Source: a virus (Duplodnaviria > Caudoviricetes). Taken from it: 64,000 bases of DNA. The translations under genes and the position numbers were made by a program. The notes beneath the pieces are model-generated. The model saw only the letters and a program-made list of their open reading frames with translations. It was not told the DNA's origin and ran no database searches. The DNA is taken from positions 142-64,141 of IMG/VR virus record IMGVR_UViG_3300010403_000004, one strand, 5' to 3'. Shown here one piece after another: positions 36,951-45,990 of the stretch (position 1 is the first letter of the stretch; every line of letters starts with the position of its first letter).

Positions 36951-37628
36951 GAATCCAGACTACCACTCTGGACGCACTGGCTCCCCCTTGTCGCTCAAGA
37001 GTCCACACTTATCCATGGGATGCTTATGCGCAATCCCTGCCGCTGTGTTCTGCGGAGTTCTCAAAAGCATAAAGGTTTGATCGGTTCTGGTCCGCACCAT
37101 CCCATATTTAGTGCGGCCCGCAGGCTCTTTACCCTGAGACAGCCAGCCTCAGGAGGCCCCGTTACCGGCGATTCGCCGTTGGGTTCCCGATCTCCCCATC
37201 ATGCAACTGGTCGCAACGATAGGCTGGTAACGCTTGGGTGTAGGGTTCGCTGCTCATCGGCCAAGACACCGCCGAAATCCCTTGAATCATTTCGTCTGGA
37301 ATTGTCGCACATAACACGAAAGCCGTCAACAATGGGATATTGACGGCTCTGTGGAAATGAAACACGAGATGTAGCACTCACATCTTATCACAAACCACCA
37401 GTGCCTTGCCACCGGATTTTTGCCCGGAGAATTTTGGGGTCCAATTGTCTAACCCTATTCGCCTTTGCCCGGGCGCGCATCGATTTCCGCACAGGGGCCA
37501 CGGGGTCCTTCGGGCGGCCCCCGTCACCTATGCCGGCTGGTCGCCGCGGCCCGACGAGCTGGCGCCGGCGTGCGGGGCGTGCTTGTCTCTCGCATCACCA
37601 GGTGGCGAAAGATTCCGCAAAATAGTGC

Positions 37629-37657
37629 TTGCAATGCTGATTGATTCGGGTTACCAT
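37629..37657 (+). promoter_or_regulatory. sigma70-type promoter
   Basis: TTGCAA-N17-TACCAT followed by GGTTGAGGAGCC RBS. Confidence 0.55.
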
Positions 37658-37684
37658 TGGTTCATGGTTGAGGAGCCATACAGC

Positions 37685-38098
37685 ATGACGAAGAAGTACA
37701 AGGCAGAGAACTTCGATCAGGTATACCGCGAGCGTGACCTATTCATGCTCGCCTTAAACGATCAGCTTAACGGCGCGGTGTGCTGGTCACATTGGACGAA
37801 AGATCCATACAGTGAAGGCAAGTACCGCGTGGGAGCTTGCCGGTTAGAGTCGGCGAGTGGTGGACTTCTGATCATGACCTTCCGACACCCGCGGCAGATG
37901 GACTACACCACCGTCTGGGCTGCTGATGGATTCGAAGCGGGTAACCCCGCGATTCAGCAGGCTGTGTACGAAGCTCGCACCAGCTACCGCGCGGAATCGG
38001 TCTGCACTGCGGCCGATGGCCACGTGAAGACAATCAGCGCGTCCAACGGTGAAATGCGCTTGGTCGACGCGGGAGTCAGCACGGAGGTGGCGCAATGA
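37685..38098 (+). CDS. hypothetical protein
   Basis: MTKKYKAEN... after GAGGAG RBS. Confidence 0.6.
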   Translation: MTKKYKAENFDQVYRERDLFMLALNDQLNGAVCWSHWTKDPYSEGKYRVGACRLESASGGLLIMTFRHPRQMDYTTVWAADGFEAGNPAIQQAVYEARTSYRAESVCTAADGHVKTISASNGEMRLVDAGVSTEVAQ

Positions 38099-38442
38099 TC
38101 CACATATCGAACATCATCACGATTCAGACCTGCAAGCAGTGCGGCCGGCTTGCCAATGTCCAGATCACCTGCTCACGCTGGGCTTGCCACGCGTGCGGCG
38201 ACCTAGTTCAGTCGGTCGAGTATACTCCGAATGACTTCGAGCGCTTGGTGCGCATCGTCTGCCCGGTAGGCGGAAACCCCGACGATGTAGGCGTTATGCT
38301 GGGTAACGTCGGATTCTGGATCGACGCTGACGGACCGTGGGCCGGTCAGCTGTCTTTCTCGCATCCTACGAACGCATGGGACTTGCCGGCGTTGAAGCGC
38401 GACTTGACGCGGAGATTGCAGGAGGTTACCAATGCCGCGTAA
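38095..38442 (+). CDS. hypothetical zinc-ribbon protein
   Basis: CKQC...CHAC; ATGA overlap. Confidence 0.55.
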   Translation: MIHISNIITIQTCKQCGRLANVQITCSRWACHACGDLVQSVEYTPNDFERLVRIVCPVGGNPDDVGVMLGNVGFWIDADGPWAGQLSFSHPTNAWDLPALKRDLTRRLQEVTNAA

Positions 38443-38641
38443 GCTCACATCCGATCAGGCGCGCGCCATGGGCGCCCAGCGAAAGACTCACGGGGCCGGT
38501 ACCGGCCGGCCCCATTCCACCGACGCCAGGTGCGCATGCGGGAAGTACACGCGCGCCACGGCGCACAAGAGGTACCACGCGTGCGACCCAGACACCGCGA
38601 TTATCGCCCAGCTGGACTCCGACGCGGACAGCCACACCTGA
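38432..38641 (+). CDS. small basic Cys/His protein
   Basis: ARAMGAQRK...GRP...CACG...HAC; AGGAGG RBS. Confidence 0.55.
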   Translation: MPRKLTSDQARAMGAQRKTHGAGTGRPHSTDARCACGKYTRATAHKRYHACDPDTAIIAQLDSDADSHT

Positions 38642-38642
38642 T

Positions 38643-38870
38643 TTAGAGATCCTCGAACGCTACCAAACTACGTTCGGGGATCTCCGCCGGTTCAGGGAGC
38701 CGCGGGCGGGAAGCAAGCCGCTCCGCCCACTGGGCGAGGTTGGGCCGCTGCGGCCTTCCCCCGTTCTTTCCACCGCTCTTGGTCTTTCGTTTTCGGCTGG
38801 CGTACGACTGACGCATCGAGAGTAGTTCAGCGTCGGTGAACGGGTATTTGCAGTGTGGACAGCTAGTCAT
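38643..38870 (-). CDS. small basic protein
   Basis: MTSCPHC...RKRKTKSGGKNGGRP. Confidence 0.5.
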   Translation of the reverse strand: MTSCPHCKYPFTDAELLSMRQSYASRKRKTKSGGKNGGRPQRPNLAQWAERLASRPRLPEPAEIPERSLVAFEDL

Positions 38871-38946
38871 AATCCATCCAGGATACCACAAATCAATCCA
38901 GCCTGGATACAATCCATCCAGGGTACAGATTAATCCAACCGGGGTT
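38871..38946. repeat. imperfect direct repeats AATCCATCCAGG
   Basis: Exact copies at 38871 and 38911; variants at ~38891 and ~38932. Confidence 0.6.
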
Positions 38947-39523
38947 ACTGCTCCGAATCAACCGCCTCAGCAGTCACCGTCACCGTTTTCCCCGCCGCAA
39001 TCGCCTTTGCCTTCTTACGCATTGATCCTACAGCCTTTAGCCTATCCTCGATAGCTCTACGGGCGCCTGGCTCCAACACGTCCAGCGCGCCCGCCAGGTG
39101 CGCAGACAGGTCCTCCGGGCTTATCTGGCTGAGATCCGCCGGCACGCGCTGCGTCTGTTTTCGGTCGATGATCCAGCCGCGCAATTTGGCGTGAGCCATC
39201 AGCGCTTTGATGCGTAAATCAATCGTCGCGCGTTCCTCCGCGTCAATGTCACCCTCAGCTAAACGCCTTCGAATGATCATGATATCGGCATCAATCCCAG
39301 CGCGGACTCGCTCGATTGGGTCAGACGCCAGCGAACGGACGCGATCTTGCATGCGTGGGTCCTGCATGATGTCCCAACCGCTATCGGCCGCGAAACCAGC
39401 GCGTTCAGCGGCTTTGCGGTAGGAGATACCGGCAGCAACGAGGGCCGCCATGACCTCCCGTTGCTCTGACATCAGTAGTAGGCCGTTAACCGGATTGTTC
39501 ACCGAGGTGCGGGCTAGAGCCAT
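38945..39523 (-). CDS. terS: terminase small subunit (putative)
   Basis: HTH-like AGISYRKAAERAGF; IKALMAHAKLRGW; upstream of terL on the same strand. Confidence 0.7.
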   Translation of the reverse strand: MALARTSVNNPVNGLLLMSEQREVMAALVAAGISYRKAAERAGFAADSGWDIMQDPRMQDRVRSLASDPIERVRAGIDADIMIIRRRLAEGDIDAEERATIDLRIKALMAHAKLRGWIIDRKQTQRVPADLSQISPEDLSAHLAGALDVLEPGARRAIEDRLKAVGSMRKKAKAIAAGKTVTVTAEAVDSEQ

Positions 39524-39682
39524 ATAGCGAGAGTTTAGCATGGGTAGGAGCCTTTCGGACAGCGCCTTGTAAGCCTAAGCGCCCTTGGTCCGCTACCGCG
39601 AGGTTCGGCAAATCGGCACCGCCACGCCCCGTATGCGAGGCTTTCCCAATTGACGCGATAACGGTACGTGATAATATGGGCC

Positions 39683-39937
39683 ATGGAGAAAGACCCAGCC
39701 GCGGTGTCCCTGGGGCGCCGCGGCGGCCTAGCGCGTGGCGTGCTGCTTCGGGCTGGCATTGTTGCGCGCAGCGGTCAATCGGTAGCCAAACCCACCAGGT
39801 GCGCACGGTGCGGTGTGGAGTTACCCAGCGCGCGTGCTGCGTGGCGACACTGCCGGCAAACCCGTATTCAGCCGCGCAAGCTCACCGATGCAGAGTTAAC
39901 TGCGTGGCGCATGCTGAATGAGAATGAGATGGAGTAG
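39683..39937 (+). CDS. small basic protein (AAVxLGRRGG motif + CxxC)
   Basis: KDPAAVSLGRRGGLAR...CARCG...HC. Confidence 0.55.
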   Translation: MEKDPAAVSLGRRGGLARGVLLRAGIVARSGQSVAKPTRCARCGVELPSARAAWRHCRQTRIQPRKLTDAELTAWRMLNENEME

Positions 39938-40313
39938 CGAGGTGTCGCGGGTCGGCCGGCCAAAACACGCGGCCCCGAGTATGCCACCAGTCCTCCGGCA
40001 CCAACAAAGAGCGCACGCTTTCGATGTAATCCGTAACCTCTTCTCTCAGCCAAAACCACTCGCATGGATGGCGGAGGGCACCAGGCGGAATGGTGTTTAG
40101 GTGCCTGAACCTATCGTGTGCCTCTTGTTCAGAGATCACGCTCTCCGGCATTACCGCGATGTGCCGAATTCCAGCGCGGTCACAGCTCGGCATGTTGGCG
40201 AATGCCCACGCGCGAATGTTTGTGATTCGGCTGCCGGGGTGACGACTGGAACCAATCTTAACGTACTTGCGGTCGCCAGTGGCCGCGAAATAGACGTAAC
40301 CAAGAGCACTCAT
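39882..40313 (-). CDS. GIY-YIG (T5orf172-like) nuclease-domain protein
   Basis: YVYFA...VKIGSS...R...EQEAHDRF...EWF. Confidence 0.75.
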   Translation of the reverse strand: MSALGYVYFAATGDRKYVKIGSSRHPGSRITNIRAWAFANMPSCDRAGIRHIAVMPESVISEQEAHDRFRHLNTIPPGALRHPCEWFWLREEVTDYIESVRSLLVPEDWWHTRGRVFWPADPRHLATPSHSHSACATQLTLHR

Positions 40314-40360
40314 GTGTTTATGCTACCACAAACAACGTGGTTTATGATATGATCGCAGAT

Positions 40361-40570
40361 ATGAACAAGGAAAACCCGTCTGTGGCTACCCAAGCTGCAC
40401 GTCTGCTCCGGAGTATGCGACAGTCGCGCAAGGCTGGGCCGGGGCGCAAGCGCCGCGTAATGCACACCCCGCAGGCTAAGTACTGCACCTGCATCGAATG
40501 CCGCCGAGATCGCGGCCACTATTCCAGCAAAAACATGCCAGCAAGAAAAGGTTTGACAGAATCAACGTAG
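40361..40570 (+). CDS. small basic Cys protein
   Basis: AARLLRSM...GPGRKR...CTCIEC. Confidence 0.5.
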   Translation: MNKENPSVATQAARLLRSMRQSRKAGPGRKRRVMHTPQAKYCTCIECRRDRGHYSSKNMPARKGLTEST

Positions 40571-40582
40571 ATTGTGTACTAT
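40553..40582 (+). promoter_or_regulatory. sigma70-type promoter
   Basis: TTGACA-N18-TACTAT followed by GGTTGAGGAGCC RBS. Confidence 0.65.
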
Positions 40583-40611
40583 TGTATTACGGTTGAGGAG
40601 CCGTAAAACAA

Positions 40612-41469
40612 ATGACGCAAGTAATGCGCACCCATCGCACCACCCTTCACATTCCCGTGGTTCCGTTGGACTGGAACCACTCCACGGCCAAGCAAGCCCG
40701 CGCAAGCTGGTCCCAATACGTCGCGCTCTGCCAGTCGCTTGCAACCGATGGCTTCGACTGCACCGTCACAGTGAATCGCCTGGGTACCGCGCACGATGGC
40801 CACGACGTTCTACGGCTCACGGTAGAGGGAACCGCGGCGCGGGCCGGTGTGGTGAAGCACAAGCCGCGTAAGCGGGCGTTTACGCTGCCTGCCAAGCTGA
40901 CGGCTGAACAATGCCAGAAACGCGCGATAGTGGCCCAAAAGGGCATCGAGTCCGATCACTACTTCTATGCGCAAACGATCAAGTTCGAAACACCGGCATG
41001 GCGCGCGTTTGACATCGCACTCCGCGCGGCTGTCGATGCCGGCGGCTTGGACGGCGCGTTGCGGTCGGACCTTGCGAACGCATGGCGTGAGCTATCGGAC
41101 CCTGAAATCTATTCGCACGATGGAATCTTGCGCACTATCCTTCATTCGAACCTGCCGGCTATTCTGTGGGAACTCAGCTATACGGCCGATACCCCGTATC
41201 GTTCCATGAAGTGCTCTAACCCTGGCGATCACTTCCGCTACGGGTCGGAAAACGTCAAGGTCGCGGCAAGGTGGTTTGCTCGCGATACGGCCATCGATGA
41301 CGCTAACAGTTCCGCGGCTCATTGCTTCATGGCCCAGTTTTCGGATCTCCGGCAAGCGGAAACCGAGTACTGGCGTGAACTCGAAATGCTTTCAGGTCAG
41401 CGTGAACGCTTTGCCCCTGGCGTGGCCGATACTCTCGACACGTCCGATGAACTGGAGGTAGCAGCATGA
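40612..41469 (+). CDS. hypothetical protein
   Basis: 285 aa with good RBS and promoter. Confidence 0.7.
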   Translation: MTQVMRTHRTTLHIPVVPLDWNHSTAKQARASWSQYVALCQSLATDGFDCTVTVNRLGTAHDGHDVLRLTVEGTAARAGVVKHKPRKRAFTLPAKLTAEQCQKRAIVAQKGIESDHYFYAQTIKFETPAWRAFDIALRAAVDAGGLDGALRSDLANAWRELSDPEIYSHDGILRTILHSNLPAILWELSYTADTPYRSMKCSNPGDHFRYGSENVKVAARWFARDTAIDDANSSAAHCFMAQFSDLRQAETEYWRELEMLSGQRERFAPGVADTLDTSDELEVAA

Positions 41470-43221
41470 TTATCACGGCCACGTACGACCCTGCGGATGA
41501 CAAACTCAGAATCTCCGCGTCCCAGCGCCTAGACGCCGACACCTACGCCAAGGTAAAAGCCGCAGGCTACGGCTGGGCGCCCAAGCAAGGCGTATTCTAT
41601 GCCGTCTGGTCACCCTCGCGTGAGGACTTGGCGCTTGAACTCGCCGGCGAGATAGGCGATGAAGACACGAGCCTAGTAGAGCGCGCCGAAGTGCGGGCGG
41701 AACGGTTCGAAGGGTACCAGGAAAACCGAGCCAAGGACGCAGAGCAGGCGCGGGCGGCGGTCGATCGCATCGCGGATGGTATCCCGATGGGGCAACCCAT
41801 AATTTGCGGCCATCACAGCGAACTCCACGCGCGCAAGGATGCCGAGAAGATTGAGAACGGCATGCGGCGCGCCTGCAAGATGTGGGACACGGCGCAGTAC
41901 TGGCAGTCGCGCGCTAAGGGTGCGTTGATGCACGCGAAGTACTTGGAGCGTCCGGACGTGCGGGCGGCGGCGCATCAAGGGCCTTGAAGCGGAAAAGCGG
42001 TCCCTGATCGCGGACTACACGCCAGCGTACCCCGACATGCCCACGATCATGCAAGAGCGCTGGGACTGGCGTCCTACGGCTGGAGTAGGCATTGAGCAGA
42101 TGGAAGTCGAACGCGCGGCGGCACGGGTACCGCATGTCTACGTGGGACCGAAGGGCCGCGGCGGGCGTTGGGTACCGGTTGAGAGCCTACCGCGTATCGA
42201 GGCGGGGAACCAGCGGAGCATCCGGCATATCGAAAACCGCCTGGAGTACGAGCGCGCCATGTTAGGAGAGGCGGGCGCGCTGTCGCTCCTGGACAAGAAG
42301 CCGCGGCCAACGTTGCCGCCGATCTGCAACTACCGGGCGCCCGAAGGTCTGAGCATCGAGAATAACTACCACCGCGGCGAGTACAGCATTTACGCGCAGG
42401 TCGAAATGACGCAGGCGGAATACGCTGCAATCTATACCGACTACAAGGGGACGCGCGTTATCGAAGGATCTCACCGCGTGCGTACGGCGATGGTGAAACA
42501 CAAGCACGTGTGCGTTTTCCTCACCGATAGCAAGGTCCATGAGAAGCCCGCGGCGGCCGTCAAGGTGGCGACAGTGGTAGCGGAGCGACCCGCGCCTGCG
42601 CCGTACGTCGCGCCTGTGCGTACCGACTTCGACGCCATGAAGGACGCGCTACGCTCCGGCGTGGCGGTTCAGGTGGTGAGTGCGCCTCAGCTATTCCCGA
42701 CGCCCGCGGATCTAGCCCGCAAGATGGTAGACGCGGCCGGCATCATGGGCGGCGAGCGGGTGCTCGAACCCAGCGCGGGAACGGGCAACCTCGTAAAGGC
42801 GATCCAGAACGCGGCCACGGGTGCGGATAACGTCCGGGTGGTTGCAGTCGAGATCAGCGCGGCGTTGGTGCGTGGGCTTGAGAATGCGCGGCGGTTGACC
42901 ATCGGTGCGAACGATGCGACGTACGATATCAGGTGCGCCGATTTTCTCACCTGCAACGGCGATCTGGGCAAGTTCGACGCGGTAATCATGAACCCGCCTT
43001 TCGCTCCGAGCGCGGCGGATATCACCCACATCAAGCACGCGGTCAAGTTCCTACGTCCTGGCGGTCGCCTGGTGGCCATCTGCGCCAACGGGCCACGGCA
43101 ACGTGAGCAGCTTATGCCCATGGTGGAGAACAGCGGCGGCTACTGGGAAGACTTGCCGGCGGGCAGTTTCGAGGCGTCCGGAACGGGCGTCAACACGGCT
43201 ATGGTGGTGATCGAGGGTTAA
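41466..43221 (+). pseudogene. DUF3560 + N6-adenine methyltransferase, split by a +1 frameshift at ~41967
   Basis: GQPIICGHHSE (DUF3560-like); LEPSAGTG and NPPF in 42037-43221; removing one G restores RPDVRARRIKGLEAEKR. Confidence 0.7.
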
Positions 43222-43402
43222 CCGAGCTTCACCCCTCGCCGCGGTTCGTCCCGCGCGAGGGGTCCTACCCTGGGCTGCGCATAGGGGAAGACACGCAGGT
43301 AAAGCCTGAATCGTCCCGCGGCGGGTTGCCTTCCGAGCCACCCGCCGTCTATCGGGATTGTGGTCTAGTCACAATCTCCAATGTACCGAACTGTTGCAAA
43401 AT

Positions 43403-43432
43403 TTGCAATGGTTCGGACGCCAGTGGTATCAT
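43403..43432 (+). promoter_or_regulatory. sigma70-type promoter with -35 inside a palindrome
   Basis: TTGCAA-N18-TATCAT with TG extension; palindrome CCGAAC..TTGCAAAATTTGCAA..GTTCGG. Confidence 0.55.
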
Positions 43433-43437
43433 GGTCC

Positions 43438-43930
43438 TGCATCGTTTCTTGATCGCGCACGGAGCCCGTCAACAAGCCGGCCTTGTAACCCGGCGAACCA
43501 AGTTGACGGGCTTTCCGTTTCTGTGATACAGTCCAATCAACCGCGAATACAGCGCGGCCAGCGCAATCGAATAAACTGATGCAGCCCAAATCAATATCGG
43601 GAACGAAGGCATTCAGCGGATACCTCTGCGCGTCGGTCAGTAGGACGCAGCCGTGCCGTAGGGCGGCGCATTGGGGAATCACGGGTCTGAAAGCCCGCTT
43701 GGCGCCGGACGGAAGTTAACGGAGCCGGTCAAGCCACCGAGGCGTAAGCGTTCGCGGGGATCGTAGTACAGGTGCAACTCCAGCCCGCGAGAAAAGGAAC
43801 AGGCAGGCGCACGCCAGGATCAAGTTGCGCCCGTCGAAGCGAAGCCGTGGCTCCATACCGCAGAATTTCGTTCGATGTCACGAAATCGAGGAGTAGGGTT
43901 TCGTGCGTCTCGCTTCGCGTTCACCACCCG
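43438..43930 (+). ncRNA. candidate structured non-coding RNA
   Basis: No convincing ORF; many stem-loops; upstream promoter; boundaries approximate. Confidence 0.4.
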
Positions 43931-43963
43931 CAGTCTGTCACGTCAACATGCAGCAACCAAGGC

Positions 43964-44179
43964 TTACCAGGGACGCGCAAGCCCCAACCGTTGCAAGGTT
44001 TGCGATGGCGCGACCCACGCGGGCTCCGGTTCGACCCTACCATCCCGCTGCGCCATGACCAGCGCGTACCCCTCGATCAACGGCACGCCGGCCGCCGCGG
44101 CTGCCTTCTTCGCGGCCTGGTCCAGCTCGATTGTGATGGCGCGCGCCGCCAGCTTCGATTGGGATTTGGTGTCCTTCAT
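43964..44179 (-). CDS. hypothetical protein
   Basis: 71 aa downstream of the RHH gene. Confidence 0.5.
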   Translation of the reverse strand: MKDTKSQSKLAARAITIELDQAAKKAAAAAGVPLIEGYALVMAQRDGRVEPEPAWVAPSQTLQRLGLARPW

Positions 44180-44374
44180 GGCTCTATTCCGTCCATCGGG
44201 CCAACTCCCACCCGACCTGGCCCCATCGCCACGAAGCCAACCAGGATCGAAACGGGCCGTGCTCCATAAATGGCAGCACTCGCCGATGAGAGTAGTTTCC
44301 CTGACGGAAACGCAGGATCTTGCTTCCGAGCCGGATCTTGATTATCAGACGACCGTCGCGCATCCTGCTGATTT

Positions 44375-44557
44375 TCATGCGCTCCCCCCGCGCTTGACGG
44401 CCCGCGCTACCAGATCCCTGATCCACCTGGCGAGCGACTGGCCATCAACCTTGGCGCGGTGCCGAGCAGCCGCGTGCAACTCAGGCTCTAGCGGTATGTC
44501 GGCGCGGGTCACTGCCACGTTATAGCGCGGCGCACGCGTAGTCTTTGGTTTTGCCAT
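44375..44557 (-). CDS. ribbon-helix-helix (Arc/CopG-like) regulator
   Basis: IPLEPELHAAARHRAKVDGQSLARWIRDLV. Confidence 0.7.
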   Translation of the reverse strand: MAKPKTTRAPRYNVAVTRADIPLEPELHAAARHRAKVDGQSLARWIRDLVARAVKRGGSA

Positions 44558-44625
44558 CGCCCCATCGTAGCACAAGGGTCCCGTGACGCCAAACAAAAAT
44601 AAATCGAATTATTTGCAGATTTCTC

Positions 44626-44654
44626 TTGCGTGAGTCACGTGACTCGTGTATGAT
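44626..44654 (+). promoter_or_regulatory. promoter with palindromic operator
   Basis: TTGCGT-N17-TATGAT; spacer holds the perfect palindrome GAGTCACGTGACTC (44632-44645). Confidence 0.7.
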
Positions 44655-44693
44655 TATTTCAGTGGCCGACACCATCGGCCTGGAGAAAAGAAG

Positions 44694-44951
44694 ATGAAAA
44701 ACACCGCAATCAACTGGAATCTAATCAAGCGCCTACCAGAAGACGGAATAATCTACGAAGGTGGCCCGGACTATGGCTGCTTCCGCGTCGCGCACTTGCC
44801 CGCCACACGAAAGCAGGCGGAATTGTTACTGGCCGAGTCCGGTCACGGGCTATATCGACGAACCAGGATTTTCCCTCCCAATGCTCCAAAGGGTTGGTCT
44901 GCGGTGCAATTCATTGCCGGCTCTATCTCCGAGTTTGCGGAGGTCAAGTAG
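44694..44951 (+). CDS. hypothetical protein
   Basis: GGAG RBS; first gene after the promoter. Confidence 0.55.
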   Translation: MKNTAINWNLIKRLPEDGIIYEGGPDYGCFRVAHLPATRKQAELLLAESGHGLYRRTRIFPPNAPKGWSAVQFIAGSISEFAEVK

Positions 44952-45200
44952 ATGACACCCCTACCCAACAGAGCCAGCGACGCGGGGGATGTTTCCACAC
45001 CGGAAGAGCCGATGACATGGGATGAACTCGCGTACACGGCTGAGGACTACCTGCGCGATGCGCGGCGCATGTATCGCGACGATATCGCCCAGCAACGACG
45101 GATGCGGATCGAACACCTGGAGCGCGCCGCGCATCTGATCCGGCAGGCGATAGCGGCGCTTGAGATGCCAGCGCGGGTCGAAACGGGAGCAAAGGTATGA
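44952..45200 (+). CDS. hypothetical protein
   Basis: Coupled ORF. Confidence 0.55.
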   Translation: MTPLPNRASDAGDVSTPEEPMTWDELAYTAEDYLRDARRMYRDDIAQQRRMRIEHLERAAHLIRQAIAALEMPARVETGAKV

Positions 45201-45706
45201 ATCGCAAATTGATTTCTCCTGGAAGCGCATTTGGGAGATTGACGGTGATCCGATTGGCCGGAACCAAGCGCGCCTGCCTAACCTACGAATGCGTCTGCTC
45301 GTGCGGCGTCACGCGGGAAGTTCTCGGGACTACCCTGCGATCTGGTGACAGCACCTCGTGTGGGTGTTCGCGAAAGGGGAATTGCGGCGTTAAGCCGATT
45401 CACGGTCACGGGAAGCCGGGGGATCGCACGTACGCGATTTCGAGGGCCGCCAAAGTCACCCGGCTCATCGACGCGATGGACCGCGTACTCGGGCGCCGGA
45501 CGACTGCGGATGATCCAGCAAAGCTCAGCCGCGCACAGATGACGGCGGTACTCGCGCTGGCCGACCTGGCGCACCCTCCAAGCCATCTGACGATCGATGC
45601 AGTAGCGGAGCGGCTGATTGAGCGGGACGCGGAGCACCTCAAGCGCAACAATACCGCGGCCCCACAAGAGACAGAAGAGTCCGATCTCGAAAGGCGGAGA
45701 CGATAA
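45197..45706 (+). CDS. chimeric protein: HNH-family N-terminal Cys domain + unrelated C-terminus
   Basis: FGRLTVI...CVCSCG...LRSGDSTSCGC...HGH, with no nuclease core after it. Confidence 0.6.
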   Translation: MNRKLISPGSAFGRLTVIRLAGTKRACLTYECVCSCGVTREVLGTTLRSGDSTSCGCSRKGNCGVKPIHGHGKPGDRTYAISRAAKVTRLIDAMDRVLGRRTTADDPAKLSRAQMTAVLALADLAHPPSHLTIDAVAERLIERDAEHLKRNNTAAPQETEESDLERRRR

Positions 45707-45990
45707 TGGAAAATCACCAAATTGAAGAGCCGGAGCGCTACGAGGAGCCGCCGAGCTTCTGCCCGTGCGGATGCGGCGAGACGTGGCCTGATCCATGTTC
45801 TGGCGAGCCGCTGAAGGCTACCTCTATACGGATGCGTTTAGAGGTAGCTATTGAACTTGCCGAGCAAATGCGCGATGCGCGATGGGGTTCGACAAACTAT
45901 TTCTACGGGCTGGCCGATAAGCTGGTTAAGCACTTGACGGCATTCCATCCGGAGGATGTCAACCGGGATGTGGACGGAGCGCAGTCATGA
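45706..45990 (+). CDS. hypothetical protein
   Basis: CPCGCG motif; coupled. Confidence 0.55.
   Translation: MENHQIEEPERYEEPPSFCPCGCGETWPDPCSGEPLKATSIRMRLEVAIELAEQMRDARWGSTNYFYGLADKLVKHLTAFHPEDVNRDVDGAQS

Noticed and set aside
43231-43930. tRNA, tmRNA or IS200/IS605 end
   Set aside because: No T-arm/CCA pattern, tag peptide, or adjacent TnpA/TnpB/IscB gene was recognised.
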